Assembly: GCA_964427585.1 (NCBI GenBank)
Contig: CAYRVC010000001.1
Location: 34,220 to 98,219, forward strand
Source: an uncultured Candidatus Saccharibacteria bacterium
Lineage (GTDB): Bacteria > Patescibacteriota > Minisyncoccia > Minisyncoccales > Staskawiczbacteraceae
Reading direction: 5' to 3'
Length of the DNA: 64,000 nt
Position 1 is the first letter of the stretch. Each line of letters begins with the position of its first letter. The translations under genes and the position numbers were made by a program. Under the pieces are notes generated by a model. That model was given only the letters and a program-made list of their open reading frames with translations. It was not told where the DNA came from and did not search any database. This document shows positions 51,392 through 61,219 of the stretch, one piece after another.

Positions 51392-52435
51392 ATGAAAAAT
51401 TTAAACAGAAATCTTTTATTGACGTCTATTGCCGTGGCCGGAATTGTTATTACCGGACTTTTGGTTTTCAGCGGTTCGAATCCGTCCAAATTTTCTTTAA
51501 ATCTTGGCTCGAATTCGTCAAAAGAAGATATCGCAAAAAAAGCCCTTGATTATATAAATAAAAACCTGCTGAACGGCCAGACAGCCAGCCTGGGCGGTTT
51601 TTCAGAGGAAAGCGGAATAATAAAATTGATAGTAAAGATTGAAGATACCGAATATGATTCTTACGTGACTAAAGACGGAAAGTTTTTAATGCCGTATAAG
51701 GCTATAAATATGGATGAAAGTTCCGAAGGTTTAGAGACCGGCAGCGCCTCTAACACAGACGCGGGGAACACGGCGGCAACCGCCCAGCAAACCTGCGAAA
51801 CTTTGGAAAAAACAGACAAGCCAGTGTTGGAAGCCTATGTGGTAAGCAAATGCCCATTCGGCCTGCAGATGCAAAGGGTTTTGGCTGATGTTATAAAAAA
51901 TGCGCCCGATCTTAAAGATAATATTCTGGTCAGATACATTGGAGCTGTTTCGGGAGGAAAAATAACAGCCATGCACGGGGATGCCGAAGCCCAGGAGAAT
52001 TTAAGGCAGATCTGCATCAGGGACGAGCAAAACAGCAAATACTGGGATTATATTTCCTGCCACATTAAGTCGGGAGATGTGGATAATTGCCTTGCCACAG
52101 CCAAGATTGATAAGAACAAACTCGGCAGTTGTATTTCAGATCCGAATAAGGGATTGAAATACGCAAAAGAGGATTTTGATTTGAATGCCGAATACGATAT
52201 TAAAGGGTCTCCCACTTTGGTTATCAATGGAAAGAAAGTTTCGGAATCGTCTTTTGGCGGAAGAACATCAGAATCTTTAAAATCAATAATTTGCTGTTCT
52301 TCTTCTGAAAAACCCGGCGTTTGTTCTGAAACTTTGGATACTGCCCAGGCGGCTACTTCTTTTTCCGAGGCATATGCCAATTCATCGTCAGGCGCGGGCA
52401 GCAGCGCAAATACGAATTGCGCCCCGGCTCAATAA
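51392..52435 (+). CDS. Membrane-anchored thioredoxin-fold (DsbA-like) protein
   Basis: N-terminal TM segment. A thioredoxin-like block VSKCPFG...GSPTLVING has a single active-site Cys, with several other Cys residues downstream. Confidence 0.45.
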   Translation: MKNLNRNLLLTSIAVAGIVITGLLVFSGSNPSKFSLNLGSNSSKEDIAKKALDYINKNLLNGQTASLGGFSEESGIIKLIVKIEDTEYDSYVTKDGKFLMPYKAINMDESSEGLETGSASNTDAGNTAATAQQTCETLEKTDKPVLEAYVVSKCPFGLQMQRVLADVIKNAPDLKDNILVRYIGAVSGGKITAMHGDAEAQENLRQICIRDEQNSKYWDYISCHIKSGDVDNCLATAKIDKNKLGSCISDPNKGLKYAKEDFDLNAEYDIKGSPTLVINGKKVSESSFGGRTSESLKSIICCSSSEKPGVCSETLDTAQAATSFSEAYANSSSGAGSSANTNCAPAQ

Positions 52436-52465
52436 TATTTCTTCTTGTAATTAACTTTTAAAAAA

Positions 52466-52693
52466 ATGGTAAAAATTTATTCGACTCCAACTTGCGTATA
52501 CTGCTCAACATTAAAAGAATATCTCAAAAGCCGTAAAATTGATTTTTCCGATTTGGACGTTTCTAAGAACGAGAAAGACCTCCAGGAAATGATAAAGATT
52601 TCCGGCCAAATGGGCGTGCCGGTAATTGATATTGACGGAGAGATAATAGTCGGCTTCGACAAAGAAAGAATAGACCAATTCTTGAAAATTTAA
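52466..52693 (+). CDS. Glutaredoxin-like protein (NrdH/YruB type)
   Basis: 75 aa; IYSTPTCVYCSTLKEYL...GVPVIDIDGEIIVGFD. Confidence 0.8.
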   Translation: MVKIYSTPTCVYCSTLKEYLKSRKIDFSDLDVSKNEKDLQEMIKISGQMGVPVIDIDGEIIVGFDKERIDQFLKI

Positions 52694-52703
52694 TCTAAGT
52701 TTT

Positions 52704-53714
52704 ATGCCGATAAAAGTCGCCATCAACGGTTTTGGCAGGATAGGCCGCCAGACATTCAGGATAATTTTGGAAAAGCATCCTCTGCTTGAAGTCGTTGCGA
52801 TAAATGATTTGACGGACAACAAAACTCTTGCCCATCTTTTGAAATACGATTCCGTTTACGGAATTTTGGATAAAAAGGTAAGTTTTTCCGAAAACAGCAT
52901 TTTAATTGACGGAAAAGATTTCCAGGTTTTAGCGGAAAAAGATCCGCTAAAACTGCCCTGGAAAAAATTAAAAGCTGACATCGTATTGGAATGCACCGGA
53001 GTTTTTACAGACGGGGAAGGGGCGAGAAAACATTTGAAGGCCGGGGCGAAAAAAGTGATAATTTCAGCTCCCTGCAAGGAAAAAACAACTCCGGGTTTTG
53101 TGCTGGGAGTGAACGAAGACAAATATAATTCCAAAGAAGTTGATGTTATGGATATGGGATCTTGCACCACAAACTGCTTGGCTCCCATGGCAAAGGTTTT
53201 AAACGATAATTTTAAAATCAAAAACGGTTTTATGACAACCGTGCACAGCTACACCAACGACCAGAGGATTTTAGACCTTCCCCATAAAGATTTAAGAAGG
53301 GCCAGGGCCGCCGGCTTGAATTTGATTCCAACCAGCACCGGAGCCGCCAAAGCCATTGGAAAAATAATCCCGGAATTAGAGGGGAAGTTGGACGGCATTG
53401 CCATAAGAATCCCCACGCCCGCTGTTTCCGTGCTTGATTTGATTGTTGAAGTCGAGAAAGAGGCGACAAAAGAAGAAGTTAACGAGGCCTTTCTGACAGC
53501 GGCCTCCTCGGAAAATTTCAAAGGAATTTTAAGAGTGGAGAAATCCCCCCTGGTTTCAACTGATTTTGTGGGAGACACATATTCAGCCATTGTTGACTTT
53601 AAAGAAACAATGGCAAAGGGGAACCTCATAAAAGCAATGGGCTGGTATGACAACGAATGGGGGTATGCTTCGCGTTTAGCTGAATTTGCTGAATTCGTTG
53701 GGAAAAAAATATAA
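52704..53714 (+). CDS. gap: Glyceraldehyde-3-phosphate dehydrogenase
   Basis: KVAINGFGRIGR, SCTTNCLAP, WYDNEWGY. Confidence 0.94.
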   Translation: MPIKVAINGFGRIGRQTFRIILEKHPLLEVVAINDLTDNKTLAHLLKYDSVYGILDKKVSFSENSILIDGKDFQVLAEKDPLKLPWKKLKADIVLECTGVFTDGEGARKHLKAGAKKVIISAPCKEKTTPGFVLGVNEDKYNSKEVDVMDMGSCTTNCLAPMAKVLNDNFKIKNGFMTTVHSYTNDQRILDLPHKDLRRARAAGLNLIPTSTGAAKAIGKIIPELEGKLDGIAIRIPTPAVSVLDLIVEVEKEATKEEVNEAFLTAASSENFKGILRVEKSPLVSTDFVGDTYSAIVDFKETMAKGNLIKAMGWYDNEWGYASRLAEFAEFVGKKI

Positions 53715-53757
53715 AATAGAAATTCCTCCGAAAATGCCGGATTCATATATTCACAAT

Positions 53758-53791
53758 AAAAAAGAGCATAACTGCTCTTTTTTATTTTTTT
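53758..53791 (+). terminator. Rho-independent terminator
   Basis: AAAGAGCA-TAAC-TGCTCTTT followed by a long T-run. Confidence 0.8.
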
Positions 53792-53859
53792 GAAAAGGTA
53801 TAAAATATAGCAATAGAATATTCTCACAGTTCTTTAACATTAGAAACGGAGAGCCAAAC

Positions 53860-54417
53860 ATGGATAATGTGTCTATGTATCTATTTATCCTTCTTTCTTT
53901 TTTCTTTGCAGATGAGCAGGCAAAAGTCGCCGAGGAAAATACCGCGGTTTTGCAAAAAGAAATGACTGCTTTGGTTGAAAAATTCGGAGATAATCGTTTT
54001 AAAATACGCCAGCAGGCCTATGAAAGGCTGGTGGAAATAGTAGAAGAAGACGAAAAAATGGTCTTTCTGCCCTTTTTAAAAGATGCTGTCCGCTATAAGG
54101 ACAGTGAAACGACTCGCAGGATCAAAGGGGCAATGGATTATTATTATGTCTTTAAACCCGATAATTATTCTTTGATTCCCTGGATTGATATGCTACCGGA
54201 AGATTTTCCGGACAGGAAAAATGTTATTATTAAATATTTAAAAAAATCGCCGCCGCTTTTCGGTGATGGCTGGGATTATCCAGATTACCGGTGGGCGACC
54301 ACGTTGCTTATTTGCGATTTATTGGACAACGGAACGGCGCGCCATGAAGCGATCAATCTTTTAAATGCAATGGCTGAAAAAGAAAAACGCCATAAAGGGG
54401 GGCATAATTGGAAATAA
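53860..54417 (+). CDS. Hypothetical secreted protein
   Basis: 185-aa ORF with a hydrophobic N-terminus and GGAGAG upstream. Confidence 0.45.
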   Translation: MDNVSMYLFILLSFFFADEQAKVAEENTAVLQKEMTALVEKFGDNRFKIRQQAYERLVEIVEEDEKMVFLPFLKDAVRYKDSETTRRIKGAMDYYYVFKPDNYSLIPWIDMLPEDFPDRKNVIIKYLKKSPPLFGDGWDYPDYRWATTLLICDLLDNGTARHEAINLLNAMAEKEKRHKGGHNWK

Positions 54418-54495
54418 GTTAAATTTTGCACATTAACATAAAAAGTGGGGATATTCTCCATTTTTTTATTTTTTAAAAGTTGTATAATAAAATAT

Positions 54496-56424
54496 ATGAT
54501 AAAAAAAGGAGACTTATATTATCCTTCAAAAGAATTTCAGAAAAAAGCCCTGGTAAATAACAGGGCGGTTTATAAAAAGGCGGAAAAAAATCCCTTGAAA
54601 TTTTGGGAAGGGCTGGCCAAAGAATTAAAGTGGCAAAAAAAATGGAAAAAAGTTTTTGAGCAGAAGCCCCCTTATTTTAAATGGTTTTTGGGAGGTAAAA
54701 TAAATATCGCGGAAAATGCCTTGGACAGGAATCTGGAAAAATTGGGAGATAAAATCGCTTTGATATGGGAGCCTGAGCCCGCGGGGGAAAAAGAGAAAAC
54801 TTTTACTTATAATGATCTTTCAAAAGAGGTCAATAAATTCGCCAATGCCTTGAAAAAACTGGGGGTGAAAAAAGGCGACAGGGTGGGAATTTATCTGCCG
54901 ATGATTCCGGAAATCGTAATTTCAATGCTGGCTTCAGCCAGGATTGGAGCTGTTCATTGCGTTATTTTTTCCGCTTTCAGCCCGCAGGCGTTAAAGGTAA
55001 GACTGCAGGATACGGGAGCTAAAATTTTAATTACCGCTGACGGATATCATCGCCGGGGAAAAATTATAAGCTTGAAACAATTAGCTGATGAAGGAATAAA
55101 AGAAACCGAGGTTGAAAAAGTGGCAGTGGTAAAAAGAGCCGGCAACGATGTTTTGATGGAGAATGGCAGAGATTTTTGGTGGAATGATTTGGTTTTGGAA
55201 GAAAGCCCCGAATGCGAGCCGGAACCAATGGATTCAGAAGACCCGCTTTTCATCCTTTACACATCAGGGTCAACCGGAAAGCCGAAAGGATGCGTTCATG
55301 TTTCCGGAGGATACGCGGTGCAGGCATATTGGACGGGAAAATGGATTTTTGATTTGAAAGATGACGATGTTTTCTGGTGTACGGCTGATATAGGCTGGGT
55401 TACGGGCCACACTTACGGTGTTTATTCTCCTTTAATGAACGGAATGACTTTCGTTATGTACGAAGGCAGTCTTGACTGGCCCAATCCGGACAGGTGGTGC
55501 GACATAATTGAAAAGCATAAAATTACCACTTTTTATACCGCTCCCACGGCCATAAGGATGTTTGAAAAATACGGGGCCGAGTTTGTAAGAAAACATAAAT
55601 TGGATAAATTGCAGATATTAGGGTCGGTAGGCGAGCCGATTGACGAGTCAGCCTGGCTTTGGTATTTCACGGAAGTGGGAAAAAGCCGGTGCCCTGTGGT
55701 GGATACCTGGTGGCAGACGGAAACAGGCGGAATTTTAATCAGTTCTTTGCCTGGCACAGGCCCTTTCAAGCCGACTTTTGCAGGCATTCCTTTTCCAGGG
55801 GTAAAGTTTGACATCTTGGATGAAAAAGGGAAATCATTGAAGAAAAACAAAGAAGGCAACCTGGTGATAAAGCCCCCTTTCAGCCCCGGGCTTTTTCGGA
55901 ATATTTATAAAAATCCTGAAAAATATCTTGAAACTTATTGGAGCCAGTATGACAAGAAGTTTTATTTCACCAGCGACGGAGCCTACCGGGATGAAAACGG
56001 CCTCATAAGGATAATAGGAAGAGTGGACGATGTTATAAAAGTTGCCGGCCACAGGATTACGACAGGCGAGCTGGAAAGCGCGGCGGCCCTTCATAAAGAC
56101 ATTACGGAGTCAGCCGCCATAGGCTTGCCCGACGAAATAAAAGGAGAGGTTCCGGTTATTTTCGTCTGCGGAAATAAAATTTTTGATGAATCGGGAAATC
56201 CCAATGAGAACATAAAGCAGGAAGTCGTTGATTTGATAAGGAAACAGATAGGCCCGATCGCTTCCCCGAAAGAAGTTTATCTGGCAAAGGATCTTCCGAA
56301 AACAAGGTCAGGCAAAATAATGAGGAGGATTTTAAGGAAGCTGTTCACTAATGAGGATTTGGGCGATTTAAGCACCCTTTCCAACCCGGAAAGCGTGGAA
56401 GAATTAAAAAAAATAATAAGGTGA
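54496..56424 (+). CDS. acs: Acetyl-CoA synthetase (AMP-forming)
   Basis: The internal ATG gives MIKKGDLYYPSKEF. FILYTSGSTGKPKG, WWQTETGG, YFTSDGAYRDENG, PKTRSGKIMRR. Confidence 0.92.
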   Translation: MIKKGDLYYPSKEFQKKALVNNRAVYKKAEKNPLKFWEGLAKELKWQKKWKKVFEQKPPYFKWFLGGKINIAENALDRNLEKLGDKIALIWEPEPAGEKEKTFTYNDLSKEVNKFANALKKLGVKKGDRVGIYLPMIPEIVISMLASARIGAVHCVIFSAFSPQALKVRLQDTGAKILITADGYHRRGKIISLKQLADEGIKETEVEKVAVVKRAGNDVLMENGRDFWWNDLVLEESPECEPEPMDSEDPLFILYTSGSTGKPKGCVHVSGGYAVQAYWTGKWIFDLKDDDVFWCTADIGWVTGHTYGVYSPLMNGMTFVMYEGSLDWPNPDRWCDIIEKHKITTFYTAPTAIRMFEKYGAEFVRKHKLDKLQILGSVGEPIDESAWLWYFTEVGKSRCPVVDTWWQTETGGILISSLPGTGPFKPTFAGIPFPGVKFDILDEKGKSLKKNKEGNLVIKPPFSPGLFRNIYKNPEKYLETYWSQYDKKFYFTSDGAYRDENGLIRIIGRVDDVIKVAGHRITTGELESAAALHKDITESAAIGLPDEIKGEVPVIFVCGNKIFDESGNPNENIKQEVVDLIRKQIGPIASPKEVYLAKDLPKTRSGKIMRRILRKLFTNEDLGDLSTLSNPESVEELKKIIR

Positions 56425-56523
56425 TTTTTTTCGCAGGGCAACAAATTTTTCTCCGGCTGTGAATGCTTCGCGTTCAGGCCTGCGAAAAATTTATTGCCTC
56501 GTTCAAAAATTAAGTCTAGTTTT

Positions 56524-57102
56524 ATGATAGAAATTCCCATTGAAACATCGGGCAGGCATGTCCATCTGGCAAAAAAAGATTTGGAAAAGCTTTTTGGCAA
56601 GGGACACGAACTTAAAAAGATGAAAAAACTTTTCCAGCCATCCGATTTTGCCGCCAGGGAAACAGTTGATATTGAGGGGGAGAACGGAAGAATTTTGAAA
56701 CTACGGGTTATAGGCCCCGTCAGAAGCAGAACGCAGGTGGAGCTTTCAAAAACAGATGCCATATATTTGGGCATTACGGCTCCAGTAAGGGAATCCGGAA
56801 ACATTAAGGAGACACCGGGAGCCGTTTTGCGGGGGCCTGAAAATAAAATAAGAATAAAGGAAGGCATTATTAACAGCCAGCGTCATATCCACTGCTCGTT
56901 TGCCAGGGCAAAAAAGCTCGGCCTTAAAGACAGGATGATGGTTTCGGTTGAGACTGACGGGCCTGTTGCGGTAACTTTTCATAATGTTTTGGTGAGGCTC
57001 GGCGAAAATTATCGCCTTTGTGTGCATTTGGATACCGACGAAGGCAACGCGGCCGGAATAATAAGAAAAGGAAAAGGAAAAATAATAATTAATAATATTT
57101 AA
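56524..57102 (+). CDS. pduL: PduL-type phosphate acyltransferase (phosphotransacetylase)
   Basis: MIEIPIETSGRHVHL...FAARETV...GPVRSRTQVELSKTDA..LGI...QRHIH...VHLDTDEGNAAG shows the duplicated PduL motif. Confidence 0.85.
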   Translation: MIEIPIETSGRHVHLAKKDLEKLFGKGHELKKMKKLFQPSDFAARETVDIEGENGRILKLRVIGPVRSRTQVELSKTDAIYLGITAPVRESGNIKETPGAVLRGPENKIRIKEGIINSQRHIHCSFARAKKLGLKDRMMVSVETDGPVAVTFHNVLVRLGENYRLCVHLDTDEGNAAGIIRKGKGKIIINNI

Positions 57103-57117
57103 AATTATTTTTTAAAT

Positions 57118-59550
57118 ATGGCGGAAAAAAATAATAAAAATATATTATGGTTTTCGGAAATATTAATAGGAGACGTCCCTTTGGTGGGAGGGAAGAACGC
57201 TTCACTGGGGGAAATGATAAAAAATTTAACTTTAAAGGGAGTTAATATCCCGGATGGTTTTGCCACGACGGCCGGAGCGTATTTCAATTTTTTGGAAAAA
57301 ACCGGGTTAAGCCAAAAAATTGATGAAATTTTAAAAGATTTGGATATCCATGACTTAAAACAGCTTTCCTTGAAAGGAAAAGAGGCAAGAGGTTTGATTT
57401 TATCCGCACAATTGCAAGAAAATCTAAAGAATGAAATCATCCAGGCTTATAAAAAACTTTCCTTGCAATACGGCTCGGAAAATACAGACGTAGCAGTGCG
57501 TTCGTCCGCAACCGCGGAAGATTTACCTAACGCCAGTTTTGCCGGCCAGCAGGAAACTTATTTGAATGTTTCGGGCGAAAAGAATGTTTTGGATGCGGTT
57601 AAAAAATGTTTTGCTTCCCTTTTTACGGACAGAGCCATTGTTTACCGCCAGGAAATGGGATTTTCCCATACAAAAGTGGGGTTGTCGGCCGGAATACAAA
57701 AAATGGCAAGGTCTGACCTGGCCTCCTCCGGCGTGATGTTTTCATGCGATACGGAGTCGGGATTCGGAGACGTGGTTTTAATAAACGCCAGTTACGGGCT
57801 TGGCGAAAATATTGTGCAGGGCGCGGTGGAGCCGGACCAGTATTATGTTTTTGAAACAACATTGAAAAAAGGCGCGCGGCCCATTATTGAAAAAAGAATC
57901 GGTTCAAAGCTTATTAAAATGGTTTATGGGTCGGGAAAAAGGTTTACCGAAAACATCGCCACGACAAAAAAAGAAAGGGAAAATTTTGTTCTGTCAGAAG
58001 ATGAAATTTTGCAGCTTGCCAAATGGTCGGTAATCGTGGAAGAGCATTATAAAAAATCAATGGACATGGAATGGGCGAAAGACGGTCAAACCGGAAAACT
58101 GTATATCGTGCAGGCCAGGCCGGAAACAGTGCAAAGCAGGAAAAATTTAAAGGTGTTGGAGGAATTTATAATAAACAAATCAAAAATTGGAAGAATTTTG
58201 GCAAAGGGAATGAGCGTCGGAAATAAAATCGGGCAGGGAAAGGCGAATAAAATAATGGACGCTAATGATATCGGCAGGTTTAAAAAAGGAGAAATTTTGG
58301 TTACAGGCATGACAGACCCTAATTGGGTTCCTGCCATGAAGCTGGCTTCGGCTATTGTTACTGATTCAGGGGGAAGGACGGCTCATGCCGCAATTGTTTC
58401 CCGAGAATTGGGAATCCCCTGTATAGTGGGAGCTGACAACGCGACAAAGAAAATAAAAAGCGGGCAGGAAATTACAATTGATTGTTCTGAAGGCGAGGAA
58501 GGAAAGGTTTACGAAGGAATAATTCCTTTTGAAATTAAGAAAACAGACATCTCTAATATACCGGAGACAAAGACAAAAATTTTAATGAATGTAGGCGAGC
58601 CTTCAAACGCCTTTAATTTAAGTTTTATCCCGAATGACGGCGTGGGTTTGGCGCGCGAGGAATTTATCATCGCCAACGAAATAAAAGCGCATCCCTTAGC
58701 CCTGTTAAATTATAAATCATTGGAGCCCGCTTTAAAGAAAAAAATAGACCTGATTACTCCAGGCTATGAAGACAAAGCGCAGTTTTACATTGACAAGCTG
58801 GCAGAGGGAATTGGAAAAATAGGAGCGGCTTTTTATCCGAAAAAAGTGATCGTCCGTTTTTCCGATTTTAAAACAAACGAATACAGGTCTTTGTTGGGAG
58901 GTGAATTATACGAGCCAAAAGAAGAAAATCCAATGCTTGGATTCCGCGGGGCTTCCAGATTTTATAGCCCAAAATTCAAACAAGCATTCATTTTAGAATG
59001 CAAGGCAATTAAAAAAGCAAGGGAGCAATTTGGTCTGGATAATATCCAGCTGATGATTCCTTTTTGCAGGACTGTGGAGGAAGGTAAAAAAGTTTTGGCA
59101 ATAATGGAAGAACAGGGGTTGAAAAGAGGAGGCTGGGCGATAGCCGACAGTTCGCTTTCCGTTGAAGGCGGGCTGGAAGTTTACGTTATGGCGGAAATTC
59201 CGTCAAATATCATTATGGCTGAAAAATTTTTGGAAATTTTCGACGGATTTTCCATAGGATCAAACGATTTGACCCAGCTTACCCTGGGATTAGATCGCGA
59301 TAATTCTGAAATCGCCCCCGTGGGAAACGAAAAAAACGAGGCGGTAAAAGAGCTGATTGAAGAGGCTATAAGAGCGTGCAAAAACAATGACAAATACATC
59401 GGCATTTGCGGCCAGGCGCCTTCAGATTTTCCGGATTTCGCCCAGTTTCTTGTTGAAAAAGGGATCGAATCAATTTCTTTAAATCCAGATTCTGTTTTAA
59501 AAACTAAAATCGCAATTTCTCAAACAGAGAAAAATCTGCCTCCAAAATAA
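57118..59550 (+). CDS. ppsA: Phosphoenolpyruvate synthase (pyruvate, water dikinase)
   Basis: VGGKNASLGEM, VAVRSSATAEDLP.ASFAGQQETYLN, phospho-His loop GGRTAHAAIVSRELGIPC, GFSIGSNDLTQL. Confidence 0.93.
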   Translation: MAEKNNKNILWFSEILIGDVPLVGGKNASLGEMIKNLTLKGVNIPDGFATTAGAYFNFLEKTGLSQKIDEILKDLDIHDLKQLSLKGKEARGLILSAQLQENLKNEIIQAYKKLSLQYGSENTDVAVRSSATAEDLPNASFAGQQETYLNVSGEKNVLDAVKKCFASLFTDRAIVYRQEMGFSHTKVGLSAGIQKMARSDLASSGVMFSCDTESGFGDVVLINASYGLGENIVQGAVEPDQYYVFETTLKKGARPIIEKRIGSKLIKMVYGSGKRFTENIATTKKERENFVLSEDEILQLAKWSVIVEEHYKKSMDMEWAKDGQTGKLYIVQARPETVQSRKNLKVLEEFIINKSKIGRILAKGMSVGNKIGQGKANKIMDANDIGRFKKGEILVTGMTDPNWVPAMKLASAIVTDSGGRTAHAAIVSRELGIPCIVGADNATKKIKSGQEITIDCSEGEEGKVYEGIIPFEIKKTDISNIPETKTKILMNVGEPSNAFNLSFIPNDGVGLAREEFIIANEIKAHPLALLNYKSLEPALKKKIDLITPGYEDKAQFYIDKLAEGIGKIGAAFYPKKVIVRFSDFKTNEYRSLLGGELYEPKEENPMLGFRGASRFYSPKFKQAFILECKAIKKAREQFGLDNIQLMIPFCRTVEEGKKVLAIMEEQGLKRGGWAIADSSLSVEGGLEVYVMAEIPSNIIMAEKFLEIFDGFSIGSNDLTQLTLGLDRDNSEIAPVGNEKNEAVKELIEEAIRACKNNDKYIGICGQAPSDFPDFAQFLVEKGIESISLNPDSVLKTKIAISQTEKNLPPK

Positions 59551-59581
59551 GAATTATCATGATAATAGTTATTATGAATTC

Positions 59582-59607
59582 ACACCTGTGCACCGGTGCA
59601 CAGGTGT
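59582..59607. promoter_or_regulatory. 26-nt perfect palindrome (two GTGCAC units), candidate operator of the YerC-like gene
   Basis: ACACCTGTGCACCGGTGCACAGGTGT lies 14 nt upstream of the ATG at 59621. Confidence 0.5.
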
Positions 59608-59620
59608 ATGGGTATAAAAT

Positions 59621-60148
59621 ATGACTACGTTTCATCTTAACAATCTTCCAAAAGAAAAAAGAATTCAGATGATAGGCGAATTCTATGATATGATTGATTC
59701 ATTGAATAACCGAAATGAGGTCCGTCTATTTATTAAGAGCTTATTAACCGCTGATGAGATTGCTAATTTGATGAGACGAATAGAGGTGGCTGTGCTTTTG
59801 TCGGGAAATTATAAATATAACGATATTAAAAAAATATTGGGCGTGGGAAATGAAAAAATTTCTAGCGTCCATAAGTGCCTACTGCAGGATGATAGCGGCT
59901 ATAAAATTATTGTTAAAAGATTAATTGGAAATCGCAAGAAAAGATTAAAAAGAATAAAGAAAATAGAAAAAGAAATGGCAAGCGATTCTCCGTTAAAAAG
60001 AATTAAAAAATTACCCTCGGCTAGAGTTTTACCCAGTTTACTGGATGCGGTTATAGAAAAATTAGAAGATGATAAAGATTTGGAAAGAGAAGCATTGTTA
60101 TTTACTCCATCATCAGCGCCATTTAATAATAGAAAAAATGGAAGATAA
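59621..60148 (+). CDS. TrpR-like YerC/YecD-family DNA-binding protein with a long basic C-terminal tail
   Basis: LLTADEIANLMRRIEVAVLL..GNYKYNDIKKILGVGNEKISSV matches the YerC/YecD pattern. AT-rich. Confidence 0.6.
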   Translation: MTTFHLNNLPKEKRIQMIGEFYDMIDSLNNRNEVRLFIKSLLTADEIANLMRRIEVAVLLSGNYKYNDIKKILGVGNEKISSVHKCLLQDDSGYKIIVKRLIGNRKKRLKRIKKIEKEMASDSPLKRIKKLPSARVLPSLLDAVIEKLEDDKDLEREALLFTPSSAPFNNRKNGR

Positions 60149-60227
60149 CCAAATTAAGCCACTTTATAAGTTTTCTAAAGAGTAGAAAATTCAAAAATTA
60201 AAAATCATATATTTATTTAAAATTATT

Positions 60228-61214
60228 ATGTTTGATATAATTACATTTGGGTCGGCTAGCAAGGATATTTTTATAAAATCAGGCGCTTTTAAAGTTCTGC
60301 ATAACAACAATGATTTTATAGCGGGTAAAGGGATTTGCCTTGATTTGGGTTCTAAAATTGATGTTGACGATATTGTTTTTGCATCGGGCGGAGGAGGGAC
60401 CAATACAGCCGCCACTTTCGCAAGACAGGGGTTTAAAACCGCTTTTTGCGGGGCGGTGGGGGATGATATTGCTGGGAGAGAAATTATTGAAGAGTTAAAG
60501 AAAATCAGCGTTGATACGAAATTTGTTTTGAAAAAAGAAGAAAAATCGACCAATCATTCTATCATTGTTTTAAGCGGCAAAGAAGACAGGACAATTTTAG
60601 TTTATCGGGGAGCGGCTGAATTAGCGGACATCAAAGACATTCCGATAGAAAAGTTAAAAACAAGGTGGATATATTTAGCTCCTTTGTCGGGTTTATTATG
60701 CGACAATTTTGCGTCTATCGTGGATTTTGCCTCAAGGAATAAAATAAAAATTGCCTTAAATCCCTCAAAGCAGCAGCTGGATTTGCCGGCTAAAACATTG
60801 AAAAATATCCTGCAAAAAACAGATATCCTCTTTTTAAACCAGGAAGAAGCTTCAATCTTGGCAAAAATTCCTTTTTCACAGGAAATGGAAATATTCAGAA
60901 AAATTGACGAAATGTTTCCCGGGATTCTTGTGATGACCAAAGGAGGGAAGGGAGTTGCGGTTTCCGACGGAAAATTATTTTATTCTGCAAAGCCGGATCC
61001 CGGAAGAAAAATTGTCGATACGACGGGCGCCGGCGACTCTTTAGCTTCAGGCTTTCTTTCCGAGTTTATAAAAACCAAAGGAAATATCGAGTCGGCCATA
61101 CAATTCGGCCTTGCCAATTCCGCGGCCAACCTTTCAAGAGTCGGCGCAAAAACTGGCCTTCTGGATAAAGAATCAAAATTTGAAAGGGTCCAGGTTTTAA
61201 AAGAAAATAACTAA
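60228..61214 (+). CDS. PfkB-family carbohydrate kinase
   Basis: GGGGTNTAATFARQG...DTTGAGDSLASGF. Confidence 0.8.
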   Translation: MFDIITFGSASKDIFIKSGAFKVLHNNNDFIAGKGICLDLGSKIDVDDIVFASGGGGTNTAATFARQGFKTAFCGAVGDDIAGREIIEELKKISVDTKFVLKKEEKSTNHSIIVLSGKEDRTILVYRGAAELADIKDIPIEKLKTRWIYLAPLSGLLCDNFASIVDFASRNKIKIALNPSKQQLDLPAKTLKNILQKTDILFLNQEEASILAKIPFSQEMEIFRKIDEMFPGILVMTKGGKGVAVSDGKLFYSAKPDPGRKIVDTTGAGDSLASGFLSEFIKTKGNIESAIQFGLANSAANLSRVGAKTGLLDKESKFERVQVLKENN

Positions 61215-61219
61215 AGCAT

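Noticed and set aside
59608-59623. TATAAAAT immediately upstream of the YerC-like ATG (and a similar TGGTATAAAAT before alaS), considered as evidence for leaderless mRNAs.
   Set aside because: The spacing from the putative -10 to the ATG does not fit a start at the A of the ATG for the YerC-like gene. This cannot be decided without transcription start site data.
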